This document shows positions 43,890 through 57,600 of a DNA stretch of 64,000 bases, piece after piece (the first letter of the stretch is position 1; every line of letters starts with the position of its first letter). The stretch is from the NCBI GenBank assembly GCA_039096225.1, contig JBBPEB010000023.1, positions 62,001 to 126,000 of the forward strand, written 5' to 3'. Source of the DNA: Blastocystis sp. Blastoise. Its lineage: Eukaryota > Protista > Bigyra: Opalinata. The translations under genes were made by a program, and so were the position numbers. A model generated the notes under the pieces. That model had not been told where the DNA came from. It searched no databases and saw only the letters and a program-made list of their open reading frames with translations.

Positions 43890-45940
43890 TACTTGAAAAT
43901 CGACATTCTTATAGAATTCATCATGCAATAGTGTTAGATTATTATATATGCCAAGTAAAGCGATATCTGACTCTATTCTTGATGAATAAGAAGTATCTAT
44001 ATATATAATAATTATTATTATTTAATAAATTATACATATATATATATACATAAATCGTCTCGTTTATTATCAATTTCTTTTTCTATATATATTTTATATT
44101 ATATATATTATTATATATATATATGATATATTTTCATACCTATGATATCATCAGATGGTATATTATTATTATTATTATTATTAGTAATTATTTTGTCTTT
44201 ATTAATATCATTATTATTGTCATCTTTATTAATATCATTATTATTATCATCTTTATTAATATCATTATTATTATCATCTTTATTAATATCATTATTATTA
44301 TCATCTTTATTATGATCATCTTTATTATGATCTTTTTCTTTATATACATATTCATCTTCATAATCTTGTTGCATCATTCGTTCAAGTTCTTCTTCTTCTC
44401 TTTGTCTCTCTTCTTCTATTATATCTACCTTCTTAGATATCGACTCATTCCCATGGGAATCATCACGCTTAGAAAGATCATCTTTTTTATTGTTTTTATT
44501 CTTTATATGATTTATATAGGCTTTGACTTCAGTATCAACATTTTGAGTTATTTTACTAAATATAGGCCAAAATGCATATCTATTCACGGGAATCAATTGT
44601 TCTTTCGAAGAATCAGACCATACATTCGGATTATCATCTATACATATACCCTATATATTATTATTAATATTAAATTTAATCATATAAATAGTATTATAAA
44701 TATTTATGATAAAAATAATATTAATAAAACTATAAATAATATAAATATTATTAATAATATATATATATATACAACGTGTTGAAAGCATTTATATATAGTA
44801 GTCATCTCTTTTTGAAGTAAATCTCTCTTCTTATCTATATATACTCCTTCTCCTTCTCCTCTAGCTAATATACGATTGTGAAATAATGTCCCGCGGGGAT
44901 CCAAGAACTTTAAACAATTCTCTGCATATAGACGACTACCATGCTATGTATATATTATTATTATTATTATGTTTATTATGTGTATTATGTTTATTATTAT
45001 TCTATTTATTATTATTATTTAATAATATATGATAATAAAATATATAATTATATACTGTATATAAATAGAGTTCAAACATTGTTGACAGCTCTTCTAGCAC
45101 GTGCTTTGCATGTGGTCGTATCTTTATAAAAAAACGTTCTTTTTTTCTACCACTTACTGTATCACATATATAGACTTCTTTTGGCTTATAGAGTTTGATT
45201 CTTGAAGTATAATCTATATTTGTAGCTTCAATTAGAGTATTATCTAAATCACAACATAAAACTAGTTTTTTGCTAATTAATAAATCCATTTCATGTTGAT
45301 CATTTACTTGATCTATTTAATATATATATATAATAATAATAATAATAAAAATATAATACTACATATTCATTAATTAAATAATTTCATATATATAAATTAT
45401 ATACTATAATAATCTTCTTTCATTTTAATAATAGTACCATTTTCAACGATAGAAGGGCATGAAGAATGTTCATAATCATTTGTATTCACAACCTAGAAAT
45501 AATACAATAGTAACATAAAAAAATACACTATTTTCATGAAATATCCTTTATTAAATATATAGACATACCTCACCACAATCTGAACACATTCCATATATAA
45601 TCTTTAAATGTTGGCATTTTTCAAGAACAGCTATAGGAATTTGTGGATCTGAATCTGAATAATCAATTTCCTCACCAGTCTATTTCAATAGTAATTTATA
45701 TAAATATACAAGGAATACCTCTACTAGTACATCATATAAAATACCAGAGAATGGTGACTCAATATGTTCTTTATTATTTTTCTCATCAATAAAGTCAGCT
45801 ATCACTGATCCTGCCTGTACAAATCTGCCTTTTATTGCATACCAAATACCTATTTTACCAGATCTATAATTTTGAAAAATAATAATGTTGTGCTATAAAA
45901 CTTACTTTTTAGGTCCATATATAAATATCCTTGAACTCAT
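43132..45940 (-). CDS. FCP1: RNA polymerase II CTD phosphatase FCP1/CPL-like (biotinyl-like N-domain, FCPH, BRCT), multi-exon
   Basis: CQHLKIIYGMCSDCG, KKLVLCCDLDNTL (DxDxT), IKIRPHA..FELYLYT, LDPRGTLFHNRI, BRCT VFKGCVFSFSGIFP..TTHLIAMRNGTQKV. The stop is at 43190, or at 43132 if a final small exon NKKLKINE is used. Confidence 0.9.
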
Positions 45941-48520
45941 TCGATTTCTATATCTTTTTTAAACTTATAGGAAATAAACTTGAAGGAAAAACGAAAAAGC
46001 GTAAACAAAAAATAATTATTTTTCTATGGTTATTTTCTTTTTCACACTAGAGACTAACTAAAAACTCATGAAATAATTCCTATATGTTTATTTTGCTATT
46101 TATTTCTTTTAATATGAGTTATGAACATCTAGAATGTTCTTTTTGAGTCATAAATGCAATACATTTTTCTATTTAAAAGAAGAATTCTTTATGAAAATAA
46201 GTGATTGATTAATTCTTTCTGTTTTCTTAGTAATTAAGCCTTGCTTATCATTGAATTTAGTTTTATTAGTTTTGAATACAATAGATATACATCTAGGGAT
46301 AATCTTGGTCTGATTCTACACCATAAGTTGAGTTATTTTGACTTGAAGTTTTATATATTCAATACTATTAATTTATCTGTACTACATGCATAAGTATTTA
46401 GCTATATATTCATATATATGATTATTCAAAAGATTAATTACTGTTGTATTTTGATAATTATTCTTTTATTAATAGTAGAAATAGTGTAAACAACATTTTA
46501 TATGCTCTAGATATGAAATATGAAATATTGAAATGTTTTATTCTGTTTTTTTATTATTGGATAATGTTTTCCATAAATGAATATATTACTACGAATCTTT
46601 CTATATATTATGCATAAAATTTTCATTTAAAAAGACTCTGAACATGTATTTTGTTGATAAAACACCAATTATACTCTGAACAAAGTTTTTAAGAATCATA
46701 TGTTTTTGTTTATTTATATGAGTATCTAGTTTATTCTTATAATAAAATAATGAATAATATATAATTATATTTTATATTTTGAACATATTTAATTAATATT
46801 TAACAAACATATAATGAAGAATATTTAAATGAACATTTCAATGATTTCAATACATGAATATAACTCAAATTCAAAACATATATAATACGAACTGATTAAT
46901 ATAAATAAGAATTCTTTTTATGGTATTTTGTAAGTCTTTAGAAATAATAAATCTTTTCGTATGACTAATTCTCATGAAAAACAAATATTACTATTTATAT
47001 ACATATATTTCAATAATTGTTCATATGTTGTGAACATGATAGAAAAATAATATATATTATTTATATGTTTTTCTTTCATAATCAAAAAACAGAATATTAT
47101 ATTGTTATACTGATGACATTAAAAAATTGAATATATTCTTGATGCATAAAAAACATATTATAAATAGAACTACTCAACTCTTATTGATATCTAAATAACT
47201 CTTATGAATAACTAGATTATTTAAAAAAATAAATAGTTTTCAAAAGTATTAGCTTTTTCTCCATTAATAATTATTTAAAAAGCTTAATTGATAACATTTA
47301 AATTGTAATTCTCATGAATATCATTCCAAATTAATAAAATAGCATTATATAACTCTATATATAATGTAATAAAAAAAAGTAAAAAGAAAGTGATTCCAGG
47401 AAATAATGAATACTATTCTGTAATAGAAACGAATATAGGATATATATATATATATAATGATGATTCTATTACACGTATAGAATACATATCTTTATACACT
47501 ATAAGAAATAAAAAGAGATATATAAATATTGTTCAACAAAAAAATATCAATAAAGTATAATAGAGTTGAATTTATATTCAAGTTAAATACATTGCTTCTA
47601 AGTACTATATTAAGAGAAAAAATGAGTAACATCAATATAATATACACTTTTATTTATTCATATACACTTATACATTTTGAAATCATTAATTACATGCATA
47701 TAATGCTTAAAAATACCTCAAATGCAACAAAAAAAGTAGGTATACTTGCATTTTAGCACTATATAATATATATATTGTTGAAATAATTAAATAATATAAT
47801 TTGGTTTAGATTCTGAGCTAATTTCAGCATAGCTAGAAGAAGAAGAAAAAAATGTCAACATAATTATAGCTCTCATCACATAATTTAATTTTAAAGACGA
47901 ATATCTTTCAAATATTACATTTCATTGATATTAATATGCAACTATAGATAATATCAAAACAGAGGACCTTCGATATCTGAGAAAATCAAACTGAAAACAA
48001 ATAATTGTTTATAATTTGTAAGAATTTGATTACTAAAAAAACACAAAAATAATTGTAACATTATAGAAAAATGTATATACTAAATCTCGATAAGAAAAGA
48101 GAAATAATCATCAATGTATTCATCATAACATAATTTTATTGTTTCCAAAACATAATTGTATTGTTTCCAAAACATAATAAAGAATATGTAATATATTCAA
48201 TTTAGTCAAACAGTCAAAAACAAGATTCAGAAAGTGCGTAATTCATAGTTTAGGATTTAAAAAAAAAGAGCTAAAAATGTTCTGAATAAGACTGGATATT
48301 TAAAATCATGAAAATATAATTTGTCTTAAGTCATTTTTATATTATTTTCATGAAAGTTTTTTTCATTTAGCAAGTTTTATTATTCTCTTCTTTAATCAAT
48401 GACTTATTATATTTATAGCTTATTTTTCCATTGCAAAAGTATTTATAAATCGTTTTATATATAAAAGATTTAAAGTTAAATAGCATATGAATATTTTGTC
48501 ATTATAGTTGAAATTGAGTA

Positions 48521-51500
48521 ATGTCAGTCACTGATTGTCAATTATCTGAAGAGAAATGTATGTGAATAAAACATAGAATACTTATTTCATCATAGATTTG
48601 TTTACGTTTCAAGATGAAACGCAATTATGGATTACAAGAGAGTTTATTGAAAAATACAAGCAATTCTCCTTTTATGATATTATTATGCACTCAGAAAAGT
48701 ATGATGATGATAGTTACTATATGGATATGTCTTCTTTTCTTATGGATAAAGTTATTTTTTTTTTGATGGAAGAAAAGAAGGATATTTCTTCTATGAGTCT
48801 AAGAGATAGTTATGCTATATATAGAACACTTTATGATTATTCAATTGTAATTAATAGGGAAATACAAAGTGAATTATTATTTCATATTAAAGAATTATTT
48901 TTAAAGTATTTGAAAGATAATAATTACAATATATGTGCTTACTATGATAAGAGTAACAAGTCACGTATACCTATGGAATTATTCAGTTCAGAAAAAGCAA
49001 TAATATATATACAAGGTAATTCTATATTATTAATATTTATAATATAAAATAATATATACATAGGATTGTTTACTCCTCAACGAAAAGATGAATTGTTCTA
49101 TTATTCGTTTCTTTTTAAAATGATCAATATTACTGAAGTTGACATGGAGTGTATATTTATATTATTATTATTAAATTACTCCATAATAAATATATAGATG
49201 ATTATGCGTCGAATATTCCATTAGAATATATATGTCCTTCCTACATTAAAGATATATTTCCATCATTAAAGAAGTTTACAATTAATGGTATATATATATA
49301 TATTGTATAATCTACATTTTTAAATCTATGTAGTAATATCGACTTATAATAAAACTGATGTATTATTGAATCCAAATAGTGATGAATATATAATGGAATA
49401 TTCTCGTTTATTTGATAGATATGGTTATAAAATAAAAAATGTAAAGACATATGGTTATTATACAGAATTGGAAATGAATGAATATAATAAGATTTCTACT
49501 TTAGATATTCATAAATTATATTATTCTTATGATTTAGTTAAGGCTTATAATGAAAGAAGAGAAAATAGTAAGTTACCTAAATTATATAAATATATAGTTA
49601 ATGAAACTATATACACAAATGATTATTCTAAACAAGAAATAAATAGAACAGTTGATGAATATACATTAACTGATAGAGTAATAGTTCACTATGATGGTAT
49701 ATTTAATATACATAGTTATTCTTTTTTATTATTATTATATATAGATAAAAAAGACAATAAAATATTAGAGTATATTCTCGTGTTTATATTTTATTATATA
49801 AATTATTATACATTTATAAATATATTATTAAATAGTATTGTTAAAGAATCTTCGAAATGTGGAATATCTCAATTATTACGTCTTCCTTCCTATTTACCAA
49901 TTTCACAAATCATAATAGATATATGTAAATTAATATATATATAATGTAGCTATATAGTCTAGTTCTAGATAAGTTTTCAGAATATGAAGTTATGTTTGTA
50001 TTAAAATCATTAGAAGAAGGTGTTTTCGATTCGTTAACAATATTAAGTGTTGAATGGATTAAAGAATTGACTGATAAAATTGATCATAGCCTATTTATGA
50101 AAATAATAACTACTCATGTATTTCCAAATGTGAATAAAGTTATATATGAAGAGGTCTGGATATTTATTAATATGGAGATAGAACGTTTTAAATTATCTTC
50201 AATAAAGAAAATATGCTTTCCAAAGTTACATAGTATTGACTACGTTTCTTTTAGGTGTAAGTTTTTTTATAAATATACTATTTTTTTATATATAGTAGAT
50301 AACTACCAATATGTGATCCAATTTCCTTTGGATTTAATATCTATCGTTGATACTATTCATATAAATAAAATGGACTATGAATATAAAGAGAGAATAGCTA
50401 TCCTTTTTGATGATCTAGTTTATACTAATTCTATGCATATTGATGGAATTGGTATATATATATATATTATTACTATTATTATTGTATTTTAATTATATAT
50501 TTTTTTATTTTTAAAGAATATAGAATTATGAATATAATAATTATATTTATATATATTTATATATAGATAGATTATTTTTTGATTTTCCGCATTTAAAAGA
50601 ATTAATAGAAAAAGATCTTATTTCTATTGATGAACTTTATCGTAAAATATTTTTTTTTTATTAAATAATATATATTATATCTTTTGTTTTTTTTTATATT
50701 ATATTAATTATATATCTTTCTTTTTTTCAAGTTGACTTTCCAAATATTGTGAATATCAAGAAATTAGATTATTTTGAAAATTATAAACATGATATTCAGT
50801 ATTTAGATATTAAATTTGAAAGTATTTATATATATAAAATATATGTAATTGATATATAATTATAATATAAATAATAATTACTTTATAGGTTATGTACCTA
50901 ATGATGATGATTTAAATGAAATTACTATGAAAAACTCTTTAGAAAGATTTATAAAGAGTAATGTATTACAGCATTTGAATGAATTAACTATTTCATTTGA
51001 TTATTCCAATGATACAGAGTATTTAGAATGGATATCAAGTCTCTTTGATAATAATAAATTTAATACTATTCATAAATTAGCATTCAATTTAGAATCTATC
51101 AATGAATATTCTTCATCTGAATGTATTAATATATTTGAAACTCTAATACAAAAATTAATTCTTAAGGCTTCAATTGTTTCAATAAAAGGTAATCATATAT
51201 ATATATATATATATTATTCATAATTATTATTTAATATCTATAACCATTGTTCTTAGATTGTAATATGAACTTTTTTAATCGATTAATTTGCAAAAAATAT
51301 TTTCATAATGTAAATCGTCTAACTTTACGTATATATACATATACATATATATATATATATGTTAGTATTTATTTTTTTATATTATAATATATAGCTATAT
51401 CTCATTCTATTATAACATGAATATTATTATAGAAACTTATAATAAATTGGATGATACCTTTTTTGCAGTATATACAACGGAAAATCTTCCTAAATTAAAA

Positions 51501-52228
51501 TCTATCACTTTTTGTATATCTTAATTAATAATATAATAATATATTATATATATAGATATATAATAAAATATTTTATTTCATAATATATTATATATATAGA
51601 TAGCTATGGAGATAAAAAATGGTGGAATGACTTTATTCAACAAATATTTGAATATTCTCGTAATAGTAACTTTCCTTCATCTAGTACTATTCAACTAACT
51701 AGTATACCGATAGAAATGATATTATTCTAATTAATTCATTTTTTTTTTTATTTCTATAGTTAAAGATTCTGGTGGTGATTATATTTATAATCCTAACACT
51801 TCTATTCTTCGATATAAATATGAATCTAATGTATACATGAAAATAATTATCAATACAAAAAATAAAGAAATAAGTAAATATGAAATAGAAACGTTATTTG
51901 ATTGTATAAACGAAAATAAAACTCAAAAATTAATGTTTTTAATACTCTGTATATGTCTATTATATGTTTTTAATAATATTTTTTTTCTAGATATTTACGA
52001 TAACAAACCACTATCAAAACTTATCAATTTTATAACTACTGGAAAAATTCCTAAATTGAAAGAGTTTATTTTTTACATTAGTATATACATAATTTTTAAT
52101 TATTTTATTATGATAATATAGACCGAGAAATATCTAAAAATATTGTTAATAAATATGAAAACCAATTGAAAAATTCTTCATTCATTCAGGAAAATCGTGT
52201 AAAATATCAAATCAAAAAAATCAATTAA
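48521..52228 (+). CDS. Lineage-specific protein with BTB-like N-terminus and degenerate LRR-like repeats, many small exons
   Basis: ATG at 48521 and a chain of exons joined by GT..AG introns. N-terminus FTFQDETQLWITREFIEKY..YYMDMSSFLMDKVIFFL. Recurrent FPSLKKFTI, FPKLHSI, LQHLNELTI, LPKLKSITF and IPKLKEF units. Confidence 0.6.
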
Positions 52229-53510
52229 TATCTATGTATATGTATTCTTCATTATTCTATAATTCTATTTAATAACCTCATTTTTACACAATTTTTATAT
52301 TATTTTATATTTGAAATATATATAGCTTTATTTCTTTTTTTTTAAATCTATATATCTTTATATTTTTATTTCTTATTCATTTTGATTTATTAACATATAT
52401 ATATATTGGTTTTTAAATACTAAATATAGAATCATTAGATTGAATAGAGTTTTCATATTCTACTATTGATTAATTATAAATGTGTTTTGTTTATTGTTAT
52501 TAAATTTTTTTTTATTAGCATACAATATATAATTATAAATAATCGTTACACACTAATAATCATATTTTGTTAACAAAAGTAACTATAAATGAACACCTGA
52601 AGAATTAAAGAAATAAAAGTAATTCTTATACTATTTGTGTGACTGATTCGCTGATATCAAAAATAGCTTGTATATGGTGTGTTATAATGAATTATTTTAC
52701 ATTATGATTATTTTTTTAAGATTTCCATATTGCTATTTCTTTTTTAATATATATATAAAACGAATTAATATTTTTTTAACTATAATTTAATGAACAAAAC
52801 AATTGGATGAGTTAAATCTCGAACAAATTAAAAAAAAATAGATATTTATATTATTAAGAGTATATGTATGAAATAATTTAAAAGTGTAAATATAATGTTT
52901 ATAACAACATCAAGAATTATATTAATATATAAAAGTTGATGATAATTTTTTTATTTATGTATATCTCTATATATAAAAAAGATATATCTTATTATTTTAG
53001 TTTTATTAATAAAAATGATAATATTTAAAAAAATACTTGCAAAGCAATTTATAGTATATATATATAATAATAATATATTTAAATAAGTATTGTATATATA
53101 ATAAAAAATATATATATTTATATGTTTATCAATATAAAAAGTATTCCAGGTAAATATCATCAAAAAAAATATGTATATAATGATATATAGTAGTGATATT
53201 TTGTATATGCATATATATCAAAAAAATAAAATTTATAATAAAAAATGAACATGATTCTTGTATAGATATAATTAGAATCAAATACATTTTATCATTGTTG
53301 TTAATTATGAAATATAAATAAAAATGTCATTCATAAAAAATATATTAATAAAAATAACGCATATGTATATAATGACATAATATATAAGAAAAATATAGAA
53401 CAATTAAAGATAATAATGTATAAATAACAGTAATAACAATATATATATATAAATAAAGATAAATAATAATTATGTATTACAAAGATATTTCTTTCTCGTA
53501 ATTAATTGAA

Positions 53511-54589
53511 TTACTTAGGTAATTCATCTTGAGTTATGACAAGAGAAGTAAATTTGAAAGGAATACTCTTTTCTATTAATTCACGTAATAATACTTGATC
53601 ATACCAATTAGGATTTGAAGTGTTACTATAATCAACTGTAACTTCTGGAGGGAAAGATATAGAATAAAACATATATAATTCTTCATCATTAGTACTTGAA
53701 TCCATACGTAGTATTTTCATATTAGAAATAGAAACATATGTAGCTTTAAGAATTGATCTATATATAGATATAAAAGTATCAGGACGTATTGAAGTTTTTT
53801 GAATTCCAATAAATCCAATAGAAAGACCAAAATTATTTGAAGTAGAAGTAGTTTTTATTGTAATAGGTGCTAAAACATATTCTAATTTATCTTGTTTACA
53901 AAAATATATATCAAAACGAATAATTTGATCTATGATTTGTTTTTCTGAAACATAAGAATTAAAAGGTATTTGATTATTATTTTCATCTTGACAGTAGACA
54001 ACAGAATCTTGTTTAACATTATCTGTACTATCAAATGAAGAAGAAGCACTAAAAGGAGAATTCTTTATACTGGTAATAGTATTAATAAATTTGTTCTGAT
54101 TAGTAGATGAAGAAGTTAATGATGAACTATAAGAATAAGCATCCATACTAGATCCATAATTAATATGAAGATCAAGAGAACCTGAAAACTATATAAGTAT
54201 ATATATAGTATATATGTATATATAGTATATAAGTATATATAGTATATAAGTATATATAGTATATATGTATATAGTATTTACTACATAAAAATTTATGCAG
54301 ATAGTTAATCATAAAAATAATAATATATTTAAATAATAAAAAGTATTTAAATAAAATATATAAATAATCACAAAAATATATATTAAATAAAATACTTCTT
54401 TTTCTGTGTTATAATCTGTAGTAAGAAGAAGATCTGTAAGTTGATAAGGATAAGAATTAACAAATGATCTTGCTAAAGTAACTAATACAGTAAAAACATC
54501 ACTTATAGGAGAAGTTAATTTAATAGTATAAGACTCTTCTTGTAATACTTTACCAGGAACAAGAGGAGGACGAGAATCTATATATAATA

Positions 54590-54645
<56 letters not shown>

Positions 54646-57600
54646 GTAATAACAATTATATATACAACAAAGTTCACTATTAATTGAATTAGACCAAGTT
54701 GCTTGTTTTAATATATAATCACAAAATAATTGATAATAACCATATTGTTCATCATTTGTACAATTTATCAATACATTCATTTTAATTCTAGTTTCAGGAT
54801 ATATAAATGAATCTATAGTAGTAGCAGGACAAGTAGCATCAAGAGGGTAACATTCATTTTGATATACAAACTCACTATTTTCACAAGGAGTACAACCAGT
54901 ATTATAACCATTTTCTACACTAATAATACCATTAACACATTCTAAACATTCAGTACCACTAAGATAAGTAGTACCCGTACAATGAGGCAATTCTATACAA
55001 TTACTAGTATCTTTTTCTTCCCACATCATATCATTATTACAATATCTAGTCATAGATCCATAATATCCAGTAGGACAAGGTATTGTTACAGTATTTTCAG
55101 GATTCGTTTGAGACCAATCTCCATCAGCCTCACAATAAGGATGTTCATAACATTTATTATTATATATATATGTACCTTCTTCACAAGGAGTACAACCATA
55201 ATTATTTCCATTTAATGATGATATAATACCATTAACACATTCAATACATTCACTACCACTATAATATGTCGTACCAGTACAAGGAGTATAAGCAACATAA
55301 CAATCTTCCATATTTGGTTCTTCCCAAATCATATCATCATTACAATATCTCTTTACAGAACCACTATACCCAGTAGGACAAGAATTCATTGTAGCATAAG
55401 TAGAAGATTCTGTTCGTGGCCATTCTCCATTAGATTCACAAAAAGCATCTTCTACAGTAATATATATATCATATTGTTCATCATTTCCATCGGAATTCTT
55501 AAATAATAAAGAATATTGAGTACGATCAGACACTTGTGTTGGAATACCATATAATCTTTGTGAATCTAAATCAATTGAAATACCATCAGGAAGAGAGGAA
55601 TTCGTAGATATTTGTGTATCTAAACCATTCATCGTAAAATATACAGAATTTTCTTTCCCATTCTTTAATATAATATCAGTATTTTTGAAATATATATATG
55701 TAGGTTTTATTGGGGAACAACTAGATTCACCTTCGATATAATCAAAACCTTTATAAGTACATACTCTTGTTGCATTACCTTCATATCCAGGAGAACAAAT
55801 TTCATGAGAAATTTCATCCAAATCTACAGTTTCCCATCCAAGACGCATACATGTATATTCAGATGAAACTACAAAATCAAGTACATTTAGTACAATTTTT
55901 TGTTCATCTGGTTGACTTCCCTTACCTATTCCACATTCGTTTACTACAATACGATATGAATGATAAGCATTTCTATTATCTAAAAAAACATAGTTTGCAT
56001 AATAATATTGATCGAATCCTGATACTGTAGTTATATTTATCCATGTATTTGTGTCATCATCATATCCTTCTATATTAAAAGATGTTGGCTTATAATATTC
56101 ACTCTTATCATTATATGATGATACTAAAACCATTTTCACAATACCATACATATCGTCTTCATATGTATATACAAATGTTGCATTTTCACATGAACGACTT
56201 AATTCAGTTATAGTAGAATCCATATAGTTACCTTGATCGTCCTTATCATCTAAGTAGCTCAGTACACTTGTATCACCATTATAATCATCATTTGTAGTCC
56301 ATATTCTATTATTTCGTATAATATCCTTTTTATAATAATAATCAATAGAAAATTTCAATTGATTAGTAGGTTGAATAATATCATTATATTTATGTATTTC
56401 AATTGCTATAATATTATCTCCACTTCTAAATATATTTTTAAATGCACTCACACTCGTTATTATTTTATATTCTTTATATTCGTTAAAAGATTTGGAAGCA
56501 ATTGTAGTATAATTTGGAGTAACTCCAGTTGGCATATTCTTTTGGAATATTTGTACTCCATTTATATATGCTACTATACCAGCATATGTAGATACAGATA
56601 CTACAAATCTATTAGGCATGTCATCAAGATTAGTTACATTATAATGCATTCTATAATATTGAGTAATACTATCCTCTGGAACAATAGGAAGAAAAGCAGA
56701 TCTTAAAGCAGTTGACCAAACATTATCATTAAATGTATTTGTATTCCAATTAGCTGGAGGACTAACTTTTTCATAAGAATATATGATAGGCATATTTTCT
56801 GAATTAGCGTATTGTTGTATATTTAAAGAAAAATATGGAATATCACTATTTATTTTTCCATATAAAATATTGTTAATATAAACATATGAATCACGTAATG
56901 TATCATCTGTAGGTGGAGATGTATAGAAATATACTTTATAATGTTCTGGAGCAAGACATAACGAAATTGTTTCACTACCACCTTTATTAAATTGATCCTT
57001 AGCATATATTGCCTTCCAAGCATATTCTTTACCAGTTCTTGACTCCCAAGAATATTCATAATCAATGTTAAAAATATAATCAAGATTAACATCATAATTT
57101 AACTCAAATCTTGCTAATTCATAACTGCCTGGACATATGATTGTTTGAATAGTTAATGAATAATCATAAGGAGTATTCAATATAGACACAGCATGAATTA
57201 CATAATCTATTTCACTTTCATCATTATTTAATAAACCTGATATTAAACCAGTATTAGGATCTATAGATAATCCATTACTAAATGAAGGAGTGATTGAGAA
57301 ATCATGATAATATTCAACATTAGATAATTCAAGATTTACATTTGTATTTGTATAAAATGCAACAGGGTTAGAAGAATATGAAAATAAAGGTACTGTTTCA
57401 AGAGAACTATCAGCATCAATATAAAATTCTATTTGACTTATATAATAATAATTTGAGTCATGTTTATAATTATCAAAGAAAGTAAATACTAAATTAGTAA
57501 TTGTTGATGTCATATTATATAACTTGAAACATAAACGCATTGAAGAATTAACATCTTTATATGGATCTGATACTTGTGAATGAATATGTTTTTGTCCAGA

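Noticed and set aside
44123-44782. 219-aa hydrophobic plus-strand ORF (also 17384..17836 and 20917..21222)
   Set aside because: Antisense shadow of Asn/Asp/Lys-rich coding repeats in FCP1, PRKCSH and NELF-B.
45950-48500. Hidden gene or ncRNA in the 2.5 kb spacer (ORF 47529..47756)
   Set aside because: The composition is non-coding and AT-rich, with no recognisable motif, repeat or splice-linked ORF chain.
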